64,000 nt of DNA from an uncultured delta proteobacterium (lineage in GTDB: Bacteria; Myxococcota_A; Polyangia; Polyangiales; Polyangiaceae). Shown here in pieces: positions 17,963 to 28,181 of this stretch. Under the pieces are notes generated by a model that saw nothing but the letters and a program-made list of their open reading frames with translations, had not been told where the DNA came from and made no database searches. Location: assembly GCA_963841435.1 (NCBI GenBank), contig CAWJCS010000003.1, positions 1 through 64,000 on the forward strand. Reading direction: 5' to 3'. A program made the translations under genes and the position numbers. Position 1 is the stretch's first letter; each line of letters begins with the position of its first letter.

Positions 17963-19063
17963 CTAGCCCGCGCGGTCTCGGTGGATCTCGGTTCGTGTCG
18001 AGCGACGCCGACGGGCAAGGCCCAGGGCGGCGAACGCGAAGCCGAAGAGCGCGACCACGGGCGACCCCGGCGCGCGGCCGACGGAACAGCCGCCCTTGTC
18101 TCCGCCCGAGCTCGGGGTCGCGGCGCCTGCATGCTGCGTGGACCCGCCGCTGCCTTCGGCGACGGGCGGCGTGCCACCGTCCGAAACCTCGCCGCTACCT
18201 GGCGTCGTCGGGGAATCGCTGCCCTGGTCGACGCCGCCGCGCCCGGGCCCGCCGAGCGACGCGTAGGGCGGCACGCAGAGCATCGGCGGATCCGCAGGCT
18301 CGCAGCCCGAGCCGCCATCGACGCTCACCCAGCAGGTGCCGCTCGGGTTCTGCTCGCAGGTCCAGCCACTCGGGCAGTCAGCTGACTCGGTCTCCTTCGT
18401 GCAGGCCATGGTGACGACTCGGCACGCCATCTGGTCCGTCGGCGCGCAGGTGCAATCATCGGGAGGGGTAGGCTCGACGCCTGCGTCGGCGGGCTCGGGA
18501 ACGTCGCTCGGAGCGGGTTTTTCGGCGCCCGCGTCCGCGGCCGGCGTTGCGCTGCCCGACGACCCGCTGCTGCCCGGGGAGGAGCAAACGCAATCTTCGA
18601 CGACCTCGCACGTGAAGCCACTCTCCCCGCAGTCGCTCGCCTGCTCACATGGCAGCGCGTACATCGGCACGCAGAGCGACTCGGTGACCGTGGTGCACTC
18701 GGGAGGTGTCGGCTCGGGACAATTGGGCTCGCCGCCGTTCTCGTTGGGCGGGGCGCAGGGCACCGTCTCGCCGCCGCTGCACTCCTCGTGCTGCTGGGTG
18801 ATGCAACGCATGCCCTCGGCGCAGTCGGCATCGTCCGCGCAGGGCAGTGGCGTGCACGACTGATATTCGGTGGGCTCGCAGGGCGGGCACTCCTGACCTT
18901 CGACGCAAGGACGAGCGAGGCACGGCTCGGTCGAGGTGGTGCACTCGTACCCTTTTGGGCAGATCGTATCGCCGCAGGCTTCTTGAGCCTGAGCAGCACG
19001 GGCGAGCCCGAGCATGAGGGCGAGGGCGACGAGCGAGGAAACGAGGAGGGGACGATGGGACAT
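17963..19063 (-). CDS. Cys-rich secreted protein with MYXO-CTERM sorting signal
   Basis: Signal peptide ending AQA-Q, many Cys repeats, C-terminal GGCSV + TM + RRRR. Confidence 0.82.
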   Translation of the reverse strand: MSHRPLLVSSLVALALMLGLARAAQAQEACGDTICPKGYECTTSTEPCLARPCVEGQECPPCEPTEYQSCTPLPCADDADCAEGMRCITQQHEECSGGETVPCAPPNENGGEPNCPEPTPPECTTVTESLCVPMYALPCEQASDCGESGFTCEVVEDCVCSSPGSSGSSGSATPAADAGAEKPAPSDVPEPADAGVEPTPPDDCTCAPTDQMACRVVTMACTKETESADCPSGWTCEQNPSGTCWVSVDGGSGCEPADPPMLCVPPYASLGGPGRGGVDQGSDSPTTPGSGEVSDGGTPPVAEGSGGSTQHAGAATPSSGGDKGGCSVGRAPGSPVVALFGFAFAALGLARRRRSTRTEIHRDRAG

Positions 19064-19234
19064 GACGAGCTCCGCTCGATCGGTTGCAGGGAGCGTGCCA
19101 CCAGCGCAGCCCGCCTGCGTGGGCCGGCTCCGCGCGAAAACACGGGGGGCGACCAGGGCGCCCCTGTCAGAGCTGTGCCACAAGAGCCACGCGCCGCAAG
19201 ACTTGCGCGCCACGGAGGGCGCTGGCGACCTCGC

Positions 19235-20536
19235 CTATTGCCAGTTTTTGCGCTGGGGGTTTTCCCAGGGCGCCTTGCAGAGCACGCAGTCGTTGCCGAA
19301 GAAGTAGCCGTCTGCGCCCGTGTCGCCGTAAATCCAGTAGCGCATCCAGGCGAGGATGGCGGGGCGCTCTTCGCCGCCGCCGTTGCTCTCGATGTACTGG
19401 TGCGGCGCTCCCGTGAGGGTCGCGAGGAACGTCTGCACTTGTGACATGCTGAACGTCGCCTGCTGCAGTGGCATGCCGACCGTGTCCTGAGTGCCGGTGG
19501 TCTGGAGCATCGGGCCGTGCAGCGCGGCCGTCGCCGTGTGACCGTGGATCGACACGACGGTTGCGACGGCCGGATCGCCGCCCAGCTGTACGGCGGACGT
19601 GCCGCCCACGGAAAAGCCCATCGAGATCACGTGATCGACCCAGAGCTTGCCTTGATAGATACCGGCCACGTCGTTCTGCTGGACGATCCAGTCGAGGCCG
19701 TCTTGCATGATCTTGAGATTGCCGGCGTCGCCCGGGCCACCGTTGAGCACGGGGGTTCCGACGACGACGAAGCCGTGCGACGCGAAGTTCGTGAGCATCG
19801 TCGTGTGCACCGTCACGGCTTGACCGATGCCGGGGCCGAAGACGATGGGTGCGTGCAGAAAGCCGTTCTGACCGAGCGGGTCGGGCCGAAACACGGTGTA
19901 GCCGTTGCCGGGGCCCACGTTGCGGTCAACCGTCGTCGTGAACGGGCCCTGCGCCTTGTAGTCCGTGATGGGCGGCAGCGTCGGGCCGCCCGCCGCACCG
20001 GCACTGCCCGCGCCGCTTCCCGCCGCGCCTGCTGCACCCGCGCCCGCTGCACCTGCGGCGCCGGCTCCGCCGACCCCGCCCGCCCCGGCGCCTCCATTCG
20101 ATCCAGCCGCGCCCGCCACGCCCGCTGCGCCGCCCGCCGGGCTCGTGTCGCCGGCCGCACCAGCCATTGCGGCCGTGCCCGCGCCGCCGCCGCTGCCCGC
20201 GCCGCCGCTGCCCGCGCCGCCGCTGCCGCCTGTCGCACCGTTGCCCGCCGAGAGCCCTGCTCCCGCCGTGCCCGCGCCGGCACCGGTCCCCCCCAATGTT
20301 CCCGCGACTCCGCTGCCTCCACCGGGCGAAGCCCCGCCCACGGCGGCACCACCCTGCCCGGCCATGGGCATCGCGCCGCCCGCACCGGCGGAACCGCCCG
20401 TGGGATTGTCGGGCGCGGCTTCGCTACACGCGAGGAGCGCGAAGCTCGAAACAACGAATATTTTCGCGAGCAAGGGGCCCGCGCGCCGCGCGCGAGCTCC
20501 GCCGTGCTCGGTCCCAGATGACAGGCTTGGCTTCAC
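19235..20536 (-). CDS. Lipoprotein alpha/beta hydrolase, cutinase/PETase-like
   Basis: LLAC lipobox; Gly/Ala linker; FASHGFVV, GFSVGG nucleophile elbow, QDTV (Asp), PHQY (His), C-terminal Cys pair. Confidence 0.8.
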   Translation of the reverse strand: MKPSLSSGTEHGGARARRAGPLLAKIFVVSSFALLACSEAAPDNPTGGSAGAGGAMPMAGQGGAAVGGASPGGGSGVAGTLGGTGAGAGTAGAGLSAGNGATGGSGGAGSGGAGSGGGAGTAAMAGAAGDTSPAGGAAGVAGAAGSNGGAGAGGVGGAGAAGAAGAGAAGAAGSGAGSAGAAGGPTLPPITDYKAQGPFTTTVDRNVGPGNGYTVFRPDPLGQNGFLHAPIVFGPGIGQAVTVHTTMLTNFASHGFVVVGTPVLNGGPGDAGNLKIMQDGLDWIVQQNDVAGIYQGKLWVDHVISMGFSVGGTSAVQLGGDPAVATVVSIHGHTATAALHGPMLQTTGTQDTVGMPLQQATFSMSQVQTFLATLTGAPHQYIESNGGGEERPAILAWMRYWIYGDTGADGYFFGNDCVLCKAPWENPQRKNWQ

Positions 20537-20683
20537 TCTTGAACGGACGCCCGCAGCGCGGGGACGCGCTCAGCAATTCCCGAGCACCGCACGAATGTCC
20601 GGCAGCGCCTCGGGGCAATTCGTGCGGGGCAGAGCATTCGGCGCGTGATTCCCATGGCGAGCACATCCGCTCGCGGGCCGCAA

Positions 20684-20712
20684 TATGGGTTGCCCATACT
20701 CATAAGTATGGG
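20684..20712. promoter_or_regulatory. Overlapping inverted repeats, candidate vapBC operator
   Basis: tatggg-ttg-cccata and cccatact-cata-agtatggg just upstream of vapB. Confidence 0.65.
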
Positions 20713-20724
20713 TAGGATTTATCA

Positions 20725-20964
20725 GTGAAGACGACGGTCGAGATCTCGGAGGCGCTGCTCGAGCGGACGCGGCGGCATGCGCGGCGCACGGGGCGGCCCA
20801 TGCGGGCGCTCATCGAGCAGGGGCTGCGCCTCGTGCTCGATCAGGAATCGGGCACGTCGAAGTACCGTCTGCCCGATTTCGCCGCCGGCGACCCGAAGGG
20901 TGAAAACCCACTCGAGTCCTTCTCCTGGCAAGATCTGCGCGGCGAGATCTACGGGCAACGCTGA
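20725..20964 (+). CDS. vapB: VapB antitoxin (RHH)
   Basis: MKTTVEISEALL...LIEQGLR ribbon-helix-helix; coupled to the PIN gene. Confidence 0.85.
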   Translation: MKTTVEISEALLERTRRHARRTGRPMRALIEQGLRLVLDQESGTSKYRLPDFAAGDPKGENPLESFSWQDLRGEIYGQR

Positions 20965-21401
20965 TGCTCGCCGTCAACACGAACGTGCTCGTGTACGCGC
21001 ACCGGCGCGAGGTTACCGAACACCTCGTGGCAGAGCGCCTCGTGCGGAACATGGCCGAGGGGTCCGTGCCCTGGGCCATCCCGTGGCCCTGTCTCTACGA
21101 GTTTTTCAGCGTGGTCACGAGCACGCGGATCTGGAAGGCGGCCGCAACGCCACCGCGGGCTGCCTGGGCGCAGATCGATGGCTGGCTCGGCTCGCCGTCG
21201 CTGCGGCTGCTCTCCGAAATCGAGGGATTCGAGAGCGTGCTCGCTCCGCTCCTCCAGAAGCCGCGCGTCCGCGGCCCCGTGGTGCACGACGCGCGCATCG
21301 CGGCGCTGTGCCTCGCGCACGGCGTGGAAGCGCTGCTGACGCGCGATCGCGATTTTTCGCTGTTCGGCGAGCTCGAGCTGAGAAACCCGTTCGGCGGCTA
21401 G
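20964..21401 (+). CDS. vapC: VapC PIN-domain toxin
   Basis: V(N)TNVLVYA, EF..VVT, HDARIAALC, TRDRDF. Confidence 0.92.
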   Translation: MLAVNTNVLVYAHRREVTEHLVAERLVRNMAEGSVPWAIPWPCLYEFFSVVTSTRIWKAAATPPRAAWAQIDGWLGSPSLRLLSEIEGFESVLAPLLQKPRVRGPVVHDARIAALCLAHGVEALLTRDRDFSLFGELELRNPFGG

Positions 21402-21597
21402 CGACCGCCGATCGCACACAGCGCGCCGCAGCACGCCGTGTGCCCTCGCGGGCGCGAGCGTGGCCGCAAGCGCGGTGGAAGAACCCGGGGCGAAACACCA
21501 CGAAACCGCTGCCGGCTCCGAACCGATGGGGGGTAGATGGCCCTCGCCGAGATCTGATATGGATCGCGATTGGGCGTCTTTCTGACGGAGGTTTCGG

Positions 21598-22373
21598 ATG
21601 AAGTGCTTGGGTGCGGGTGTCGTGGCGGCGGCGTGGATGGCGGCGGGTTGCGGTGGGGGCGGCGGGCTCGGGCAGCCCGTGACGGCGTTCCCGTCGCGGT
21701 CGGACCTCGAGTCGGTGATGGGCGAGAGCGCGAAGCCGGTGAGCACGCTAAAGACGGTCAACGTGCCGAGCTGGCGCATCGAGACGCCGGTGCCGGCGCC
21801 GGGCTCGGCGTATCCGAGCGAGACGGTGTGGGACAAGCTGGTGACAGCCCCTTTGCGCGCTTCATCCTGCTCGACCCTTCGATGACGCGCGCCGCCGTGG
21901 GCGCAGCGGGGCTCGAGCCGTCCGGCGCCATGGCGCTCGTCACGACGTACTCGTTCTTCCAGTCGCAGGACCACAGCGCCGACGAAAACCGCCTGTTCGA
22001 GGAGCTCGGCAAGCGGCGGGCGGCGCGCAAGCACAGCGCCCCACGCCGGGCGCCGCGCGAGCGAGCCATGGCCTCGGCGCTCCCCCACATCGCCTCCAAG
22101 GCCCAGACCACGGGTGACGCGCTCGACGCCGCCATGCACGACGTGAGCGAAGCCCAGCGCCGCTCCGTCTGGGGCTGGGTGACGGAGACCAACGACTTGC
22201 GCCAGATCACCTGGCCGGACGCGCTGCTCGACAACGAGCCCCTCGAGGTCGAGATCGGCGTGACCCACTACAAGGCACCGGGCGGCGCCTGGGGCCAGTA
22301 CGCCGTGCTCATGCTCGTCTACGGCGCCGGCGCCGGGAACACGGCGAGCAACGGCTCCGCGACCCATCTCTGA
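21598..22373 (+). pseudogene. Lipoprotein split by a frameshift or deletion near 21850
   Basis: AAGC lipobox ORF at 21598 reads as protein-like up to ~21850; a protein-like C-terminal part continues in another frame to 22373. Confidence 0.55.
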
Positions 22374-22427
22374 GCCTGGCTGGGCCGAAGCGGAGCCGTC
22401 AGCGACGGCCGGATCGCCGAGACCGGG

Positions 22428-24134
22428 TCACTGTTGGATGTCGATGGGTAGGCCGTAGAGGCTGTCTCGGAATTCGACGTAGCCGAAGGAGCCACTGCCC
22501 TTCACGTCGAGGACGACCGTATCGTTCGCGTCGACCATCTGGATGAGGGACGACGTGGAGTACGTGACGATGGTGTTGCCGTTGGATAGGCGCTGCACGT
22601 CACCGAAGTTCGTGGCGCTGCCACCGCTGTTGAATTTCTTGATGAGCCCGCCATCGAGGTCGTACTCGATGGCTTGCGACTGGTTGCTGCCGGCGCCGTT
22701 GTTGGCGAAAATGAGCAGGCTGTTGTCGAGCAGCTGGTGGCCGTGCTGGGCGCTGCCCCAGCTGCTGTTGCTTCCCACTTTCTGGGTGAGCTTCCAGAGC
22801 AGGGACCCGGTGCGGGTCACGGCTGCCACGTCCTTCTGCCAGTCGGAATAGGTGTAGGCGTCTTCCTTCTTCGAGTAGCGGACGGCGTTGCCGTGGCAGC
22901 TCGAGATCGAGCCGGCCGTGCCGGTGACGCCCGTCGATTCGAACACTTCCTTGGTGGTGCCGGCGTTGTTGATCTCGAAGATGCTGTTGCAATCGCTCTC
23001 GCCGTAGTCGAGGTAGGCCATGGTGTCCCCGCTGACGGCGCAGATGTCGTGCGAGGCCTTGGTGTTCGAGTACGTCTGCGTCGTGAGGCCGTCGATGGAG
23101 ACGCGGCGGAGCGGGGCACCGCTCAGCGTTTCGTTGACGAGCCAAATGCTCTGGCTATCGGCCGACATTTTGGCGCGCGAGATGCCGTCCGACGATTCGC
23201 CGCTCGCAGCCGTGTACCACCAGACCAGGTCGCCGTCGGTGTCGAAGATGAACGGCAGCTTCGAGTTGGTTCCCTGCCAGAACGACGTGATGAAGAAGCC
23301 CTTGGGGATGGCGGAGGGAGTCCGCGCCGTGAAGCTCGTGAGGGGATTGGCGCTCGGTTTCGCGCCCGTCGTCACGGTCTGATCGCTGCTCGTGTACGTG
23401 CTCGTGGCGTCATTCGCGACGACGCGGAAGTGGTAGGTTTTCGCGGGCTTCATGCCAAGAAGCAGCGTGCGGTAGCTCATCGCTGAAAGGTCAACGGGCG
23501 CGGTCATGCCGTAGGCGGTGTCGAGACCGAAGTCGATGTGCGCGCTCGTGAGCGGGCTCTTGTCGAGGGACCAGGTGACGATGCCGACCGTCGTGGGCGC
23601 GGTCAACTTCACGCTGCTCGCGAGCTCGACCTGGATGTCGAAGCCGGCCGTCGACATTCCGCCGCTGCCACCGCCGCCCATCGTACCGGCGGAGCCGGCC
23701 ATGCCGGCCAGGCCGTCCGCGCCGGAGGTGCCGCCGCTGCCCGCACCGCCCGCCGACGCACCGCTCATGCCACCCGCGCCGAGCCCACCGAGGCCCGCCA
23801 TGCCGCCCACGTCGCCGCCGGCCATGCCGGCGCTGCCGCCAACGGGCGCGAGCCCCGCCGTGCCGCTCGCTCCCGCGCTGCCGCCCGTAAAGGTGCCCGA
23901 GCTCCCTCCGACCGCGCCGCCCACGGCCCCGCCGCCCGCCGCCCCGCCGCTGCCGCCGCCGAGCGGCGCAGCGCCGCTGGTTCCCGCTCCTGGGCCGTTG
24001 CCGGTACCGCCGCTCGACGCGTTGCCCGCGCCTCCGGAGCCGGGGCCGCCGCCCGATGCGGTGTCGTTCGAGGCGCACGCGCCGAGGCCGGCGCAGAGCA
24101 GCGCGGCGCCGACCAAACCGACAGAATTTCTCAT
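22428..24134 (-). CDS. Lipoprotein with FN3 and arylsulfotransferase-like beta-propeller domains
   Basis: LGAC lipobox, Gly linker, LKP-like ..TYHFRV FN3 motif, DGDLVWW, SHD, CHGNAV, QH, GDVQRLSNGNT. Confidence 0.78.
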   Translation of the reverse strand: MRNSVGLVGAALLCAGLGACASNDTASGGGPGSGGAGNASSGGTGNGPGAGTSGAAPLGGGSGGAAGGGAVGGAVGGSSGTFTGGSAGASGTAGLAPVGGSAGMAGGDVGGMAGLGGLGAGGMSGASAGGAGSGGTSGADGLAGMAGSAGTMGGGGSGGMSTAGFDIQVELASSVKLTAPTTVGIVTWSLDKSPLTSAHIDFGLDTAYGMTAPVDLSAMSYRTLLLGMKPAKTYHFRVVANDATSTYTSSDQTVTTGAKPSANPLTSFTARTPSAIPKGFFITSFWQGTNSKLPFIFDTDGDLVWWYTAASGESSDGISRAKMSADSQSIWLVNETLSGAPLRRVSIDGLTTQTYSNTKASHDICAVSGDTMAYLDYGESDCNSIFEINNAGTTKEVFESTGVTGTAGSISSCHGNAVRYSKKEDAYTYSDWQKDVAAVTRTGSLLWKLTQKVGSNSSWGSAQHGHQLLDNSLLIFANNGAGSNQSQAIEYDLDGGLIKKFNSGGSATNFGDVQRLSNGNTIVTYSTSSLIQMVDANDTVVLDVKGSGSFGYVEFRDSLYGLPIDIQQ

Positions 24135-24357
24135 CACTACGATGGAGTAACTGGGACCACCGGATGACAGGCGCACTGGACTCCGGCCGCGCACTCGGGG
24201 TCGCTAATCCCCCTCCCGCGGGCGGACATCCCGCGGCCTCCCCTCTCCACTGTCGGGAGAAGCAGGAAAAGATCACGGTGGGAGAAAAACCGGCCGGCCG
24301 AGCAGCGCCGGGGCCCTCCCCTCGCGGTATAGTCGGCGTTCGGCGGAGCGGCGTGGC

Positions 24358-25797
24358 GTGGACCCCAATTTGATCCGAGAGCAAGGCCACGCCGCGGCCG
24401 GCGTCGAGCCCGGGCAGATCCTGCTCGGCAAGTACCGCATCGAGCGGGTGCTCGGCATGGGCGGCATGGGCGTCGTCGTGGCGGCGACGCACGTGACGCT
24501 CGAAGAGCGCGTCGCGATCAAGTTCCTGTTGCCGCAGGCGCTGGCGAACAACGAGGCCGTGGCGCGCTTTCTGCGCGAGGCGCGCGCCGCCGTGCGCATC
24601 AAGAGCGAGCACGTGGCGCGCGTCACCGACGTCGGGACGCTCGAGAACGGCGCGCCCTACATGATCATGGAGTACCTCGATGGCGCGGACCTCGCGACCA
24701 CGACCTTGCGCCGCGGTGCGCTGCCCGTCGAGGAGGCGGTCGAGTACGTGCTGCAGGCTTGCGAGGCGCTCGCGGAGGCGCATGCGATCGGCATCGTTCA
24801 TCGCGACCTCAAGCCCGCGAACCTGTTCCTCGCGGCGCGCGCCGACGGCTCACCCTCGGTGAAGGTGCTCGATTTCGGCATTTCCAAGGTGAGCGGCTTG
24901 AGCTCGTCCGGCTCGGACCTCAGCATGACGAAGACGACGACCGTGATGGGGTCGCCGCTCTACATGTCGCCCGAGCAGATGGCCTCGGCGCGCGAGGTCA
25001 ACGCGCGCACGGATGTCTGGGCGCTCGGCGCGATTCTCTACGAGCTTTTGACGGGGCGCGTGCCCTTCCAGGCCGACACCATCACCCAGCTTTGCGCCAT
25101 GATCTTGCAGCAGCAGGCGCCCCCGCTCCGGAACCTGCGCCCCGACGCGCCCGAAGGGCTGCAAGTCATCATCTCTCGCTGCCTCGAGAAGGACCGCAAC
25201 CTCCGGTACGCGAACGTCGCCGAGTTCGCGGTGGCGCTCACGCCGTTCGCACCGCGTCGTGCGCGCATCTCAATCGAGCGCGTGAGCCGCGTCATCGCGG
25301 GCGCCGGGCTCGGTACCTCCCGCCCCGGGCCCGACGACGCAATGCCGGCGAGCTCCCAGCACGGCAGCAGCACCCGCGGCGCGTGGGGCGGCACGGGCGC
25401 CGGAGCTCGCTCGCACGGTAAGCTCGTGGCCATCCTCGTGGGCGCGCTCGTCGGGCTCGTCGGCGTGGCGATTGCCGCCGTGGTCATGCTGCGTTCCCAC
25501 GTCGAGCCCGAGCCGACCGACAGCGCCGCACCCGCCGTCGCGCCGCCGCCCGCGGCGACCGTCGGGCAACCGCCAGCTCCCATCGTCGTCGAGCCCGTGC
25601 CGACGCCGAGCGCGACCCCCTCTGCCTCGGCAACCGAAAAGCCGACGAAGCCGGCGCCCGTCGCCGCGAAACCCGTGCGCCCCTCGAAGCCGCGACCGAC
25701 CGCCACGCCGACCCCGACGCCGACCCCGAAGCCGGCGCCGGCCGCGCCCGCCCCGAAACCGCAGAAACCCGAGGACCTGTACGGCGACCGGAAGTAG
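24358..25797 (+). CDS. Hanks-type Ser/Thr protein kinase with TM and Pro-rich tail
   Basis: GMGGMG, VAIK, HRDLKPAN, DFG, YMSPEQ, DVWALG. Confidence 0.96.
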   Translation: MDPNLIREQGHAAAGVEPGQILLGKYRIERVLGMGGMGVVVAATHVTLEERVAIKFLLPQALANNEAVARFLREARAAVRIKSEHVARVTDVGTLENGAPYMIMEYLDGADLATTTLRRGALPVEEAVEYVLQACEALAEAHAIGIVHRDLKPANLFLAARADGSPSVKVLDFGISKVSGLSSSGSDLSMTKTTTVMGSPLYMSPEQMASAREVNARTDVWALGAILYELLTGRVPFQADTITQLCAMILQQQAPPLRNLRPDAPEGLQVIISRCLEKDRNLRYANVAEFAVALTPFAPRRARISIERVSRVIAGAGLGTSRPGPDDAMPASSQHGSSTRGAWGGTGAGARSHGKLVAILVGALVGLVGVAIAAVVMLRSHVEPEPTDSAAPAVAPPPAATVGQPPAPIVVEPVPTPSATPSASATEKPTKPAPVAAKPVRPSKPRPTATPTPTPTPKPAPAAPAPKPQKPEDLYGDRK

Positions 25798-25838
25798 CTC
25801 GGCGCGCGCCCCCGGCTTGGCTATAAACCAAGGTCACG

Positions 25839-26912
25839 ATGAAACACCTCGGGCGAAAGGGCGCGCTCGCGCTCTCGGTGCTCTGGCTTTCGCTCCTTGG
25901 TGCGGGCACCGCTAGGGCGCAGTCGACGAGCAACCAGGCGGCGGCCGAAGCGCTCTTCGACGAAGCGAAGCGCTTGATGGATCAGAAGCGCTACGACGAG
26001 GCCTGTCCGAAGCTCGCCGACAGCCAGAAGCTCGATCCCGGCGTCGGGACGCTGCTAAACCTGGCGCTTTGCTACAAGGACAGCGGGCGGACGGCGAGCG
26101 CGTGGATCACGTACCGTGAGGCTGCCGCGCAGGCTCGCGCCGAGCACCAGGCCGACCGCGAAGGTCTGGCAAGGAAGGAAGCTCAGGCGCTCGAACCCTC
26201 GCTGACCCGCCTCGTGATCGAGGTGCCACCGAGCGTGGCGGCGCTCGAGGGGCTCGAGATAAAGCGAGACGGTGCGCTCGTGCCGCAGGGGCTTTGGGGC
26301 GTCGCGGCACCCGTCGATCCGGGCGTGCGCGTCATCGACGTGACCGCGCGCGGCATGAAGCCCGCGCACCTCGAGGTGAAGACGGAGGGCGCGGGCGCAA
26401 CGGCCAAGCTCGTCGTGCCGTCGCTCGAAGCCGAGCCTCCACCGCCGCCCGTGGCGATGGCACCGGTCGCGGCCGCGCCCGTGGCCGCCGCGCCTGCACC
26501 GGCGTCGCCGCCAGCCGCGCCCCCGCCCGAGCCGGCCCCGAACGCTCCGGCACCCGGAACGGGCGAGGCGTCGAAGGGTGCGGACGGGCAGCTCATCGCC
26601 GGGCTCGTCGTGGGCGGTGTCGGCGCGGTCGCCGTCGCGGGCGGCGTGTTCTTCGAGCTGCTCGGCATCGCACAGGGGAAAGCCGCCGACCGGGCGTCCT
26701 CCGCAAGCCGGCGGCAGAAGTTCCTCGACGACCAGAGCGGCAGCCGCACGATTGGCTACGTGTTGCTCGGCACGGGCGGCGCGGCGCTCATCGGCGGCGT
26801 CGTGCTCGTCGTTGTGTCGCCGACGCTGAGCGACAAGAAAACGGCACGGCTCGAGCTTTCACCGTTCGTCGGGGCCGACGGCACGGGGCTCGCGCTATCG
26901 GGCAGCTTCTAA
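25839..26912 (+). CDS. Secreted TPR/PEGA-like protein (kinase partner)
   Basis: Signal peptide; AEALFDEAK...ACPKL...LLNLALC TPR; hydrophobic C-terminus ending GSF. Confidence 0.8.
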   Translation: MKHLGRKGALALSVLWLSLLGAGTARAQSTSNQAAAEALFDEAKRLMDQKRYDEACPKLADSQKLDPGVGTLLNLALCYKDSGRTASAWITYREAAAQARAEHQADREGLARKEAQALEPSLTRLVIEVPPSVAALEGLEIKRDGALVPQGLWGVAAPVDPGVRVIDVTARGMKPAHLEVKTEGAGATAKLVVPSLEAEPPPPPVAMAPVAAAPVAAAPAPASPPAAPPPEPAPNAPAPGTGEASKGADGQLIAGLVVGGVGAVAVAGGVFFELLGIAQGKAADRASSASRRQKFLDDQSGSRTIGYVLLGTGGAALIGGVVLVVVSPTLSDKKTARLELSPFVGADGTGLALSGSF

Positions 26913-27064
26913 AGCACGCCGTGCACGGCGACGGTGTGCCCCCGCGGCGGCGTAGCCGACGCTTGGGGGCACCCGCGCTCGCAGGCGGAGCCGAGAACGC
27001 GGGCCGCACGCGTCGTCACGAAACGGGGGCAGCCACGCTCGCTCGTTCGAGCCCTTTTGCGTGC

Positions 27065-27478
27065 TCAGGCCGAGGCGGCCGCGGCCTGCATCGTTTCGGC
27101 GAGCACGCCGTAGACGGCCGTCCACGCGGCTCTGTTTTCGGCGGTGAACCCCGCGCCGAGCCCCGCTTCGAGCGTGCCGAGCAGCGCGGCACCGACCGTG
27201 GCGTAGTGCTCGGGCTTCACGCCGTAGCCGACGTGACGCTTGCCGAGCGCCTGCACCGTGGGCACGAGCGCGCCGAGGTCGTTCAGCCCTTTGACCGCCG
27301 CACCGAGCATCATCAAGAGCTTCTTCTTCTGCTCGGTGAGATCGGATTTGAACATCGGTTTGACGGCAGGGTCGAGCACAAAAAGCTTGTCGTAGAAGAT
27401 GGTCGCTGCCGTATCGGCAATCGGCAAGACTTTGGCCCAATCGGCCTGAACGATGGCAATGGTCTTCGCGTCGAGCAT
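27065..27478 (-). CDS. Single-domain globin (flavohemoglobin/Vgb-like)
   Basis: FY(B10)..LF..P..K.MF(CD1), Q(E7), KRH(F8), YGVKPEHY; RBS gaaggag; no signal peptide. Confidence 0.93.
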   Translation of the reverse strand: MLDAKTIAIVQADWAKVLPIADTAATIFYDKLFVLDPAVKPMFKSDLTEQKKKLLMMLGAAVKGLNDLGALVPTVQALGKRHVGYGVKPEHYATVGAALLGTLEAGLGAGFTAENRAAWTAVYGVLAETMQAAAASA

Positions 27479-27540
27479 GGCAATTTCTCCTTCTTCGAAG
27501 CTAACGAGAGACAAGAACTTTCGATTGTCCCGGGCTCACG

Positions 27541-28137
27541 TCACCCGGTGAGTGGGATTCGGATCACGACGCCGCCCATGACGTCACCGAGCTTGAAGTC
27601 GCGGCGCGGGCTGTCTTTGTGCTCGTTGTGGCAGGTGACGCACGCGGGCGCGACCGCGGTATCGGCGTAGATGGCGGTGAAGTAGCGCACGTCACCCAGT
27701 GTCTCTTCTTGATAATAGTTCTTCCCCTTGTTCTCGGCGATGAACTTCAGGCCCGTTTTCTCGGCTTCCGTCTTCGGTGCATTCTGTTTGTTCACGGGCC
27801 ACATCGAGAGTAGCGCGTAGGTGAAGCCCGATTTCGAATCGGAAACCATCTCGGCGCCCATGCGAAACATCTGGGCTGGCAACGGCAGCGCCTTCTCGTC
27901 CTTCCAGTGCTCGCTCGCCTTGATGAGCTTCTCTTCGTTCTGGAGTCGATTGACGACCTGGCGCGTGTAGACGGTGCGGTCCGACGACATCACCGCGTGC
28001 AGCGCGTCGGCCATTTTCTGGGGGCTCAGACCCGCCGGCTCTTCCTTCTTCTGGCACGCGCCGAAAACGAGGAGCAGGGCGCCCATGCCGGCGAGCGAGA
28101 AGACGAAGCCTGGACGCTGGTTTTTACGATGGTTCAT
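27541..28137 (-). CDS. DUF3365/Tll0287-like monoheme c lipoprotein
   Basis: FGAC lipobox; LPLPAQMFR; CVTCH; F.LGDVMGG; RBS ggaggaaag before the ATG at 28137. Confidence 0.85.
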   Translation of the reverse strand: MNHRKNQRPGFVFSLAGMGALLLVFGACQKKEEPAGLSPQKMADALHAVMSSDRTVYTRQVVNRLQNEEKLIKASEHWKDEKALPLPAQMFRMGAEMVSDSKSGFTYALLSMWPVNKQNAPKTEAEKTGLKFIAENKGKNYYQEETLGDVRYFTAIYADTAVAPACVTCHNEHKDSPRRDFKLGDVMGGVVIRIPLTG

Positions 28138-28181
28138 GACTTTCCTCCGGAGGGGTGGGGTTCGAAGAAACGGGGCGGCGG

